From an uncultured Nitrososphaerota archaeon (GTDB lineage: Archaea; Asgardarchaeota; Njordarchaeia; Njordarchaeales; Panguiarchaeaceae), in the NCBI GenBank assembly GCA_964636085.1, contig CAZWPQ010000016.1, positions 26,625-44,968 on the forward strand: 18,344 nt of DNA, given 5' to 3'. The translations under genes and the position numbers were made by a program. Below are positions 7,607 through 15,410 of the stretch, one piece after another (within the stretch, counting starts at the first letter, position 1; every line of letters starts with the position of its first letter). The notes below the pieces were generated by a model. The model made no database searches and was not told the origin of the DNA. It worked only from the letters and a program-made list of their open reading frames with translations.

Positions 7607-8818
7607 TTAGAAGCCACTATAGTCGCCAAGATAGATATTTGAGTTAACTATATATATTGGATTCTTCATATTGGGCACGAGTGAAAATATGTCGGTCAGG
7701 GTTATCCTAGGTGCCTCAATATTATGATGCCAGATCCATGCAATAGATTTAAGAAGATCAGTTTCGCATATCCCCCTGTCCTCACGTCTAGAAAGGTGTT
7801 GTTTAAGCTCGAGTATTATACTGGAAATTTTTGGCGAAAATCGCCATAGGGCATATCTTTTGTATATATCGTAGCCAATAGTGCTATGGTATTTTTTATG
7901 TGTAATCCTTATGAGCTCCTCAACAAGTCCTGGATCGTGGGTGTCCTTCAAAGTTTTATTCAATTCTATTATTGTCCTATATGGACACAGAGAACATGAT
8001 ATGCGTGAGCATCCTTGGAGATAATGCGGATGTACTAGATCGATTTTTTTACATATGTTTACTATATCGAGAATTGTCAGTGGGAATATGGGCTTGAATT
8101 GGTTGCCAGATATAAACATGAATTGCTTTGCGTATTCCCTGAGGGATCTAAACCTCTTAAAACTCTCAAAAATTCTTTCAGCACTTATTTCAAAATCACA
8201 ATTTAGATTTCTCTTGATTTTTCTCATAACCTTTATCTTTGCATTATATGTACACCACCTATATCCCCTGTAAGGTAAGCCTCTTTCCATTAACAGTCTA
8301 TACATATAATTCTTGCCAATGGAGGCTCTTATTATATCTATAGAGAATTTCCTTTCGACAAAATCTATGAATTTAGAGTTTTCCTCTCCATCAAGGAATG
8401 GGACATGTATATAACCAACAAACAATTTAAAATTAATGAGCTCTTGGAGTCTAAGGATTATATATAATGCACTAGTAGAATCTTTGCCTCCAGAGTACCA
8501 CAGAACTAGCCTTTTGTCCTTTAATTTGGAACCTACTATTTCGGCGAGAGTGTATATATAGTGGTCCACATCAGAAATAATGCGCCCAAATATTGATGGT
8601 GCAGCATCTATTAGAGTAGAGTATCTGATCTTATTGAAAAGAAACCCAGAATGCTCATTGGCTCTAAAATCTGATAGAAATTTAGCAATATGCTCTATCA
8701 TGAAATATACTTTTATTCCCCTATTGTTAAAAATTGCTATTGAATCCATTCCAAGGCTAATAAAACATTTAGAATCAAGCAAAAATGTAGGGATCCATTC
8801 CCCTATCGGAAGCACCAT
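7607..8818 (-). CDS. PAPS-reductase-family (COG0175) PP-loop protein, function uncertain
   Basis: PP-loop YSGGKDS, GLP..xxRWCT..K, ERxxESxxR, KPI, HPxYxxGxxRxSCxxCP. No C-terminal ECGLH motif. ATG lies 1 nt after the metG stop. Confidence 0.85.
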   Translation of the reverse strand: MVLPIGEWIPTFLLDSKCFISLGMDSIAIFNNRGIKVYFMIEHIAKFLSDFRANEHSGFLFNKIRYSTLIDAAPSIFGRIISDVDHYIYTLAEIVGSKLKDKRLVLWYSGGKDSTSALYIILRLQELINFKLFVGYIHVPFLDGEENSKFIDFVERKFSIDIIRASIGKNYMYRLLMERGLPYRGYRWCTYNAKIKVMRKIKRNLNCDFEISAERIFESFKRFRSLREYAKQFMFISGNQFKPIFPLTILDIVNICKKIDLVHPHYLQGCSRISCSLCPYRTIIELNKTLKDTHDPGLVEELIRITHKKYHSTIGYDIYKRYALWRFSPKISSIILELKQHLSRREDRGICETDLLKSIAWIWHHNIEAPRITLTDIFSLVPNMKNPIYIVNSNIYLGDYSGF

Positions 8819-8819
8819 A

Positions 8820-10358
8820 TTAATGGTTTAGTTTTTTAAACAATATTTCCCTCTTCCCGATCTTATGACCATGCTTAAGGTTGCCCCAAACCCGCAAGTT
8901 TATAAGCTTGGGAACAGTATTTAGGCCCATCTGTTCCGCTATTTTTTTAGATGCATCAGGCATAAATGGATATAGCATGGCACACAGGACATATATCCAA
9001 TCTAGGCAATGTCGAATAATAACCGCAACTCTTTCCTTCTCACCGTCTTTCCAGAGCTTCCATGGTTCGGTTCTGTTAAGATATGTATTGATTAATTGGG
9101 CTACAAGAAGTGCCTCCATGACCGCATGATGTATATATAGCCTCCTCATATATTCATGATATTTCTTGAGATGGTCTCCTATTTTTTTGGAGAATTCACT
9201 CTCAATGTTGGTGTGTCCTTGGATCTCAGGCAGGACGCTGCCAAAATACTTCTCTACCAACGTCATTACTCTGAACACCATATTCCCAATCTCATTTACT
9301 AACTCATTATTGTAATATCTAATCAGTTCCTTCTCGGAGAAATTACCGTCTTCCCCAAAGGGAACGGCTCTACATAGATAGTATCTTACCGCATCCCGGC
9401 CATACTTCTTTACCAGATCTATTGGATCTATATCCGTTCCTAAAGACTTACTAATTTTTTTCCCCTCAACAGTTAGGAATCCATGGGCAAAAATTTTCTT
9501 TGGTAATGGCAAACCCGCAGACAGGAGTATGGCAGGCCATATAACAACATGAAACCAAAGGATGTCCTTTCCAATTAATTGTATATCAGGAGGCCAGAAT
9601 TTGTCAAAAATACTCCGATTGTCCAAGTATCCAATACCAGAAACATAGTTTAGAAGGGCATCTAGCCATACATATAGCACATGATTACTATCCCAGGGAC
9701 ATTCTATGCCCCATGGTAGATACCACTTTGGTCTTGTTATTGATACATCCATCAATCCTTCCTCGAGGATCTTCTTTACTATATAATTTTTTCTCTCTTC
9801 TGGCTGTATGAAGTCTTTTTCTTCATACAAGTTAAGTAGAGCGTCCTTGTATTTGCTTAACCTAAAGAAATAGCACTCCATATCTAGGTACTCCACAGGT
9901 TTATGATGTATTGGGCACTTTTTCCCCTCTATTAATTCCTTGCGCGTATAGTATCTCTCACATTCCACACAATATAGGCCCCTATATGTGCCCTTGTATA
10001 TGTCGCCATTCTCATAGATCTTCATCGCTATTTCCCTTACAACCTGCTCGTGGGTTGGCTCAGTAGTCCTAATGAAGCGATCATATCTTATGTTTAATGC
10101 TTTCCAAGCATTCTTGAAATAAGGAATCATCGTATCCACAAACTCCTTTGGCGACATCCCCCTTTCCTTAGCTATTTTATATAGTTTCATTCCATGCTCA
10201 TCTGTCCCTGTGAGATAGAACGTCTCATATCCATTTGATTCGTAATACCTCGCCAATACATCGCCCATTATCGTAGTGTATGCGGATCCTATGTGTGGTG
10301 GTCTATTCGGATAGTATATTGGGGTTGTTATATAGCACTTTCTTGGTTTGTCCGACAT
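8820..10358 (-). CDS. metG: Methionyl-tRNA synthetase, short monomeric bacterial-type
   Basis: YITTPIYYPN, HIGS (HIGH variant), GTDEHG, single Zn knuckle CVEC...CPIH, YVWLDALLNY, IGKDI, KISKS, GN..xR, N.YL..TEPW. No C-terminal OB domain. Confidence 0.97.
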   Translation of the reverse strand: MSDKPRKCYITTPIYYPNRPPHIGSAYTTIMGDVLARYYESNGYETFYLTGTDEHGMKLYKIAKERGMSPKEFVDTMIPYFKNAWKALNIRYDRFIRTTEPTHEQVVREIAMKIYENGDIYKGTYRGLYCVECERYYTRKELIEGKKCPIHHKPVEYLDMECYFFRLSKYKDALLNLYEEKDFIQPEERKNYIVKKILEEGLMDVSITRPKWYLPWGIECPWDSNHVLYVWLDALLNYVSGIGYLDNRSIFDKFWPPDIQLIGKDILWFHVVIWPAILLSAGLPLPKKIFAHGFLTVEGKKISKSLGTDIDPIDLVKKYGRDAVRYYLCRAVPFGEDGNFSEKELIRYYNNELVNEIGNMVFRVMTLVEKYFGSVLPEIQGHTNIESEFSKKIGDHLKKYHEYMRRLYIHHAVMEALLVAQLINTYLNRTEPWKLWKDGEKERVAVIIRHCLDWIYVLCAMLYPFMPDASKKIAEQMGLNTVPKLINLRVWGNLKHGHKIGKREILFKKLNH

Positions 10359-10406
10359 TTTTACTACCAGAATACTTTTGATAATTAATAATTATAAGAT
10401 TTCAGC

Positions 10407-10886
10407 CTACTTCTTACCAAAAAGCCTTCTAAAAGCCGACTTTATCTTATCTATTATGCCTAGTTTCTTCTCCTCTGGTTTTTTATGCTCTACTATCAAC
10501 TCCTCCTCTTCAGGACGCCCAGCCTCCTCAACAGCCCTCCTTACCTCCTCGTCCGTTACTTCAGGCATCTCTTCGGGCACTTTAGACTCTATATCTGCCG
10601 CTCCTACTTCCTTCTCCTGCTTGTATACTTCTATCTTAACCGAGGCCCAATCCACATGTATTGTACCATCCACAATATCAATATTAAACATTATGCGGAC
10701 TACATCCGATTTATCAACATTGTTCTCTCTCAATATCTTGAATAGATGCTGATTCATGTGTGCCGCGACCTTGACGGCGTCCTCCGTTTTTACCCCCCTT
10801 TTCCTTGTAGCTGCTATTAACACCCTCCTAAGCTTATCCGCATATCCCGACGCCCTAACCGGGCCCGTGCTGATACTCAACCGCAT
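10407..10886 (-). CDS. ThermoDBP-related (DUF2258) ssDNA-binding protein with acidic linker and C-terminal amphipathic helix
   Basis: STGPVRASGYADKLRRVL...AAHMNQ.LF...VDKSDVVRI...IEVY matches the DUF2258/ThermoDBP-RP N-terminal domain. GGGGGT RBS upstream. Confidence 0.82.
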   Translation of the reverse strand: MRLSISTGPVRASGYADKLRRVLIAATRKRGVKTEDAVKVAAHMNQHLFKILRENNVDKSDVVRIMFNIDIVDGTIHVDWASVKIEVYKQEKEVGAADIESKVPEEMPEVTDEEVRRAVEEAGRPEEEELIVEHKKPEEKKLGIIDKIKSAFRRLFGKK

Positions 10887-10985
10887 TATGACCCCCAGTG
10901 AAAGATTTTATGATTTTCCGTATATTAATATTATATAAATGAAATATAGAAATTTTAATGGTAGATAATTAGGGTGTTGTAAAAA

Positions 10986-11714
10986 ATGCAGATTGACGAG
11001 GAAATTCCCGAAAGTTTAGAGGAACTAGAGAAAGAAATAGAGGAACTAGAGAAAGCCGAAATTGCCCCCCCACCCGAGGTAGCTAAACGCGGTAGAATAA
11101 GGCCTGAGGTTCCCACCGAAAGAAGATTTCGAGTATCATCCATATTTCTCGGATTTCTCATACTGTTTATCTACTTATTCGCATTAAGCTATATATCTAT
11201 AAGTAATCTCCTAAGTGAACTAGAAATTTCGAGTGTCTCCTCGGGAGAAAAGTTCATGATAGCTGCCCTATTACCGCTCACGGTTTCTCCCTCGTTACCA
11301 AATATAATGTTGCTTATTATAACTGGGGAACTCGAGCTCGCTGTGTTATCGGTGGAATCGTATGAGACTATAATTACATTCCTTTCATTAGTTTTGATAT
11401 ACTCATACTCGCTTTCGTTTAGTTCAGATGTGTATGTCCTACTATTCTTTGTTGGAATATTGCCCTACCTTCTAGCGGGAATCGTTGCTGGGTTATTAAA
11501 CAGGGATCCTGGATATGGCTTTGTGGCTGGCCTAATAATATGGGTATTGCTACTAGCAATATCAAGTACTATCATGTACTTCTTTATGCTTGGAATAACA
11601 GATACAACAGTATCATTCAGCGACATTATTGTGAGCTATATTGGTTCAGGGTATCTATCGGCGATTTTCCTTTGTATATTTGGAGCCCTTGGTGGGGCTT
11701 CGGGAAAAGGTTAA
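10986..11714 (+). CDS. Hypothetical integral membrane protein with acidic N-terminal coiled coil
   Basis: Charged N-terminus (EELEKEIEELEK, then a basic patch) followed by about 5-6 hydrophobic segments with Gly-rich motifs (LAGIVAGL, GALGG). GGGTG RBS. Confidence 0.8.
   Translation: MQIDEEIPESLEELEKEIEELEKAEIAPPPEVAKRGRIRPEVPTERRFRVSSIFLGFLILFIYLFALSYISISNLLSELEISSVSSGEKFMIAALLPLTVSPSLPNIMLLIITGELELAVLSVESYETIITFLSLVLIYSYSLSFSSDVYVLLFFVGILPYLLAGIVAGLLNRDPGYGFVAGLIIWVLLLAISSTIMYFFMLGITDTTVSFSDIIVSYIGSGYLSAIFLCIFGALGGASGKG
11017..11055 (+). repeat. Perfect 18-nt direct repeat with 21-nt period (TAGAGGAACTAGAGAAAG x2)
   Basis: Copies at 11017-11034 and 11038-11055 encode the heptads LEELEKE/IEELEKA. 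Confidence 0.9.
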
Positions 11715-11758
11715 ATATGACCAGCCACTTTGCCTCTACTATTTTCATATCTCTCATA

Positions 11759-12490
11759 TCACTGCTCATCCTCAACTATTTTTCTCAGCTCTTTTAATAG
11801 CGGAATCGCATCCAGCCTATCCATAACTAGTTCCCATAGTATTCCAATAGGCTTAACATACCTTGTATTTGTATATATGACTCTCTTCGGAGTGGCTATT
11901 ATGTCCAAGGGGAAATCGTTTTTCGTCATCGGTATGTTCTCCACAATCTGTATTTCATGTACAGTAGTGGCGGTAATAGTATTCTTATCTACAAGACCAT
12001 AAGTACTCAGTATTCCCCATTCTATATCTGAAAATCCATGACCTTTTCCGAGCCTCCCGCCTCTCATATCTACTGCAACACATCCAGTTACTTTCATGTC
12101 GATATACGGAAGTTTTGTGGGATGCATGTTAATACCATATTTAAATGCACCAGAGATAGTGGACGCCTTTCCTATCGCGTGAGGAGGTATTCTAGACGGA
12201 TCCAGCATTATGAATCCAGATCTTATCCTTGGAGACGCCATTATTAGTTTCTTCCTATCGATGAGGGCCAACCTACGTACATGCTTCTGGGGAGAATCTG
12301 GATTTGCAAAAATTACTGATGATTTCCCCCATTCCTTTGTCCTTCTTAGTTTTAGAGCTGCTTCCTCAGCCCCCACAAAATTGGGTATTCTACCATATAC
12401 TGGTCTCGGGAACCTAGCAATGTTTAATGACTCCATTTTCCTCCATATTTCCTCTCTAATCCTCCGCTTTGCTTCTTTTATGTCTTCCAC
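11759..12490 (-). CDS. 5-formyltetrahydrofolate cyclo-ligase paralog (MTHFSD-type, COG0212)
   Basis: FPRPVYGRIPNFVGA, NPDSPQ, PRIRSGF, GCVAVD..GGRLGKGHGFSDIEW, TTVHEIQ, DFPLDIIATP. The RIPNF and NPDSPQ motifs mark the paralog subfamily. Confidence 0.9.
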   Translation of the reverse strand: MEDIKEAKRRIREEIWRKMESLNIARFPRPVYGRIPNFVGAEEAALKLRRTKEWGKSSVIFANPDSPQKHVRRLALIDRKKLIMASPRIRSGFIMLDPSRIPPHAIGKASTISGAFKYGINMHPTKLPYIDMKVTGCVAVDMRGGRLGKGHGFSDIEWGILSTYGLVDKNTITATTVHEIQIVENIPMTKNDFPLDIIATPKRVIYTNTRYVKPIGILWELVMDRLDAIPLLKELRKIVEDEQ

Positions 12491-12509
12491 TTGGAATCAA
12501 CCAGCATGG

Positions 12510-14234
12510 CTACGTGACAATCATGAATATTATGGGGATAAGGATCCCCAATGTTATGGCCATGTATAATATACTAGTTTTTACAAAGCTTTCGTACTTT
12601 AGAAACCCTCTACCTCTCGCATGTTCTTCTAAAACAACACCATTTGGCCCAAATATTATCGCTGTAGATACCAACGACAAATATATCACAAATCCTATAT
12701 TGACATTCATTGTTGATACCACAAGAGGCAATATTATTGCGATGCTGACCATTGATCCGAGTATACCCGATAAGATTGTTATTATGGGCAGAATCAACAT
12801 TGTGATCTTCATTGGCGATAATCCATGGAGTTCTGAAATAAATACATCTAACAAACCACTATTCTTCATTAATACAGCTAAGGATAGGCTCCCACCAAGT
12901 ATAAGCAGGATATCCCATCGTAGATTTTTGAGGTCATCAACACTAAACACATTAGTGGCTAGTAAGATTAATGCCCCACACATGGATATTGCAGCCACAT
13001 TGTAGTAATATGTCAAACCAATCTTAGATAAGATGGAAGAGACCAACCAAGACACTATAACTATGGTAAGAACAGATATCGTAATTTTTTCCTCACGCGT
13101 CAGTGGACCCATACCCATCAAATGTGCCTCAAATGCCAGAAATGATGCCTGATCAAACTTTATATAGCCATCCTTCACATCCTTCTCCGCATCGAAAAAT
13201 CTTGATAGTATGTAGATGATGACAAACAATACAAATACCGACACGGGCACGGAGTATATCATCCAATCTACGAATTCTATTCTAATTTCCGATGACCTAT
13301 ATACTATCGATGCCGCAAGAGCATTTGCTGGATTACCCACAAGTGTAGACATTCCACCTAATATGGAGGCAAATATAACTGCCAATGTTATGCCTTGGGC
13401 ATACCTAGACTTCTCACTAGCATTGAACGCCTTCAATATCGTGGAGATTATCGGCAACATCAGCAACATTGTGGCTAGGGAACTCATCCACATTGATAGA
13501 ACATATGATATAAACGCCAAGTAAAACATTAATTTCCTTGGAGATTTTGCTTTACTCACCGCAGAATAGGATAGTCTCTTAGCTAGACCACTCTTGTCCA
13601 TCGAGTATGCAATTACGAATGCTCCAAAAACTAGTGCGATGGCTGGATCCCAAAAAACAGAGAATACATCATACGGCGGAATGTTCACTATCAATATTGC
13701 AAGAACTGGGATCAACAAGGCTATAATCAATGGATTAAGCGCCACTGCTGACCATAGAATAATCACTATCAGAAAAATATAGAATGCTAAATCAACATTG
13801 ACCCTTATTGTCTTCGCCAATTTTATTCTATCGCCCTCCTTAATACTATCCATCCACTCTACAGATTTATCCTCGGATATTAACTGTCCATTGATATTAT
13901 CTGGGGATATGTCGACAGGCTTACCATCTATCAGAAGCCTCACATAGGCCCAGAACATGTTGCCGGGTTTTCTAGCGTAACTATCGAGAGCCATTATTTG
14001 TAGCACAAAACCTCCACCCTCATTGCTCGAGTTCTGGATGAGCATCCCGTCGTTGTCACCTAGCTTGGTTTTCACACACACTGATATTTTAGTGATAGTA
14101 TTATCATAGCTAACGGTTACTGTGGCCTTGATTATATAATTCCCCGCCTTATGTTCCTTTGGTGCTACAGCAATTGCCAGATATGTAGCGGAGATACATA
14201 AAATGATCAGGCCGAATAGTTGGTATTTCCTCAT
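12510..14234 (-). CDS. DASS/SLC13-family (anion:Na+ symporter-like) permease with inserted beta-rich domain
   Basis: DPAIALVFGAFVIA..MDKSGLAKR, SMWMSSLAT.LLMLPI, FASILGGMSTLVGNPAN, IEFVDWM, WDILLILGG. About 120 aa of polar beta-rich sequence sits between the first hydrophobic segment and the core. Confidence 0.85.
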   Translation of the reverse strand: MRKYQLFGLIILCISATYLAIAVAPKEHKAGNYIIKATVTVSYDNTITKISVCVKTKLGDNDGMLIQNSSNEGGGFVLQIMALDSYARKPGNMFWAYVRLLIDGKPVDISPDNINGQLISEDKSVEWMDSIKEGDRIKLAKTIRVNVDLAFYIFLIVIILWSAVALNPLIIALLIPVLAILIVNIPPYDVFSVFWDPAIALVFGAFVIAYSMDKSGLAKRLSYSAVSKAKSPRKLMFYLAFISYVLSMWMSSLATMLLMLPIISTILKAFNASEKSRYAQGITLAVIFASILGGMSTLVGNPANALAASIVYRSSEIRIEFVDWMIYSVPVSVFVLFVIIYILSRFFDAEKDVKDGYIKFDQASFLAFEAHLMGMGPLTREEKITISVLTIVIVSWLVSSILSKIGLTYYYNVAAISMCGALILLATNVFSVDDLKNLRWDILLILGGSLSLAVLMKNSGLLDVFISELHGLSPMKITMLILPIITILSGILGSMVSIAIILPLVVSTMNVNIGFVIYLSLVSTAIIFGPNGVVLEEHARGRGFLKYESFVKTSILYMAITLGILIPIIFMIVT

Positions 14235-14246
14235 AAAATAACACCC

Positions 14247-15332
14247 CTAGGATTTTATTCTAGCAATTATGGCTATTACAACAGCCAAAAATAGGAAACC
14301 TAAGACAAAAAACAACAATTTTGGTTGACTATTAGCCCCACTCTCCCCCTCTATATCCAACATAAACTCATAGGTCGCGTCCTTGTAGTTCTCCTTCTTA
14401 ACAATAATCTTAATGCTATGCTCACCACTATCCCTGGGCTCCCATGTGAACTCATATACACCATTATTATCCGTTCTGCCGGCCCCTACGACTTGATCAT
14501 TTATAAGAACCCTTACCTCCGCCATGGATACAGGACTATTATCGTTGTCCACTACCTTTATTATAATAACGATTGATGACCCCACAATCTGTTTCCCCAC
14601 GGTAGAAACCATTATTGATATCTCCTCCTTTGTCACATTTAGTATATCCTTGCATGAGGATCCGAAGTAATACTCATCGCCCTCGAAAATTATGACAAAA
14701 TCATATGTATTAACCCCCAACTCTCCATATGTACCGTCGACTGTAGATATGTTAAAACAGACAATACCATTGTCATCGGTAGTAGCATTCATACATGGCC
14801 CAAGAGACTCATTAATAAAGCAGAAAGTTAACTCCTTTCCTGGAATTCTATGTCCATCATCATCCTCCAATGCCGCATAAATAGTGATCAAGTCGGAATA
14901 TTCAACACTAGGAATATTTAGCAGTCTTATACGCGATATTTCCTTATATACATAGAAATCTGCCTGCGCTTCTGCATAATCATCCCCATATTGCGCAGAT
15001 GCATTCACTCTGTAGCTTCCCGGAGGATACCGAACATCATCAATCCTGAACTGTGCACGGCCATCATTTCCAGTTCTTGAATAACCTATATACTCCTTAT
15101 CTGTACCTCCAATAATCAGATAGAAACTAACATTAACACCCACGATTGCTGTACCATATGCATCCGTCAATCTTACCTCGAAAATTACTGGATCAGAATA
15201 ATTAGTCTCATATACCTTATCGGTAAACTCCAAGCTAATTCCTTGGCGTGGCTTTGGTATGCTGTAGACATGCGTCCCCATCGTTATATGGGATAGTATA
15301 ACCATAAGCAATACTAGATGTACACTCCTCAT
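14247..15332 (-). CDS. Membrane-anchored surface protein with three Ig-like domains
   Basis: N-terminal signal-like segment, three beta-repeats with TxxDG/TDxxG turns, and a C-terminal TM helix LLFFVLGFLFLAVVIAIIA followed by RIK. Confidence 0.85.
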   Translation of the reverse strand: MRSVHLVLLMVILSHITMGTHVYSIPKPRQGISLEFTDKVYETNYSDPVIFEVRLTDAYGTAIVGVNVSFYLIIGGTDKEYIGYSRTGNDGRAQFRIDDVRYPPGSYRVNASAQYGDDYAEAQADFYVYKEISRIRLLNIPSVEYSDLITIYAALEDDDGHRIPGKELTFCFINESLGPCMNATTDDNGIVCFNISTVDGTYGELGVNTYDFVIIFEGDEYYFGSSCKDILNVTKEEISIMVSTVGKQIVGSSIVIIIKVVDNDNSPVSMAEVRVLINDQVVGAGRTDNNGVYEFTWEPRDSGEHSIKIIVKKENYKDATYEFMLDIEGESGANSQPKLLFFVLGFLFLAVVIAIIARIKS

Positions 15333-15364
15333 AAGTATAACCGTATTAACAAAGAAAATTCTAG

Positions 15365-15405
15365 AAAAAACATAAAATGTTTTTTATTCAGTACTGAATA
15401 AAAAA
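15365..15405. repeat. 26-bp perfect palindrome (15380-15405) overlapped by a second inverted repeat (15365-15385)
   Basis: TTTTTTATTCAGTACTGAATAAAAAA is its own reverse complement. AAAAAACAT-aaa-ATGTTTTTT has 9-bp arms and shares the T6 tract. Confidence 0.9.
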
Positions 15406-15410
15406 TAGCA

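Noticed and set aside
7607-8818. DNA phosphorothioation (DndC/SspD) system or canonical cysH
   Set aside because: No DndB/D/E, Ssp or cysteine desulfurase genes in the window; no ECGLH motif or sulfate-assimilation context.
10921-10940. AT palindrome ATATTAATAT in the divergent promoter
   Set aside because: Pure A/T 10-mer, expected by chance or from back-to-back TATA elements.
10348-11161. ORFs 10348-10752, 10485-10745, 10756-10938 and 10955-11161
   Set aside because: Mostly Ser-rich antisense shadows of Glu/Lys-rich genuine genes.
11540-13782. Assorted plus-strand ORFs including 12210-12569, 12469-13005 and 13216-13524
   Set aside because: They overlap well-supported genes, mostly antisense, and show no independent evidence.
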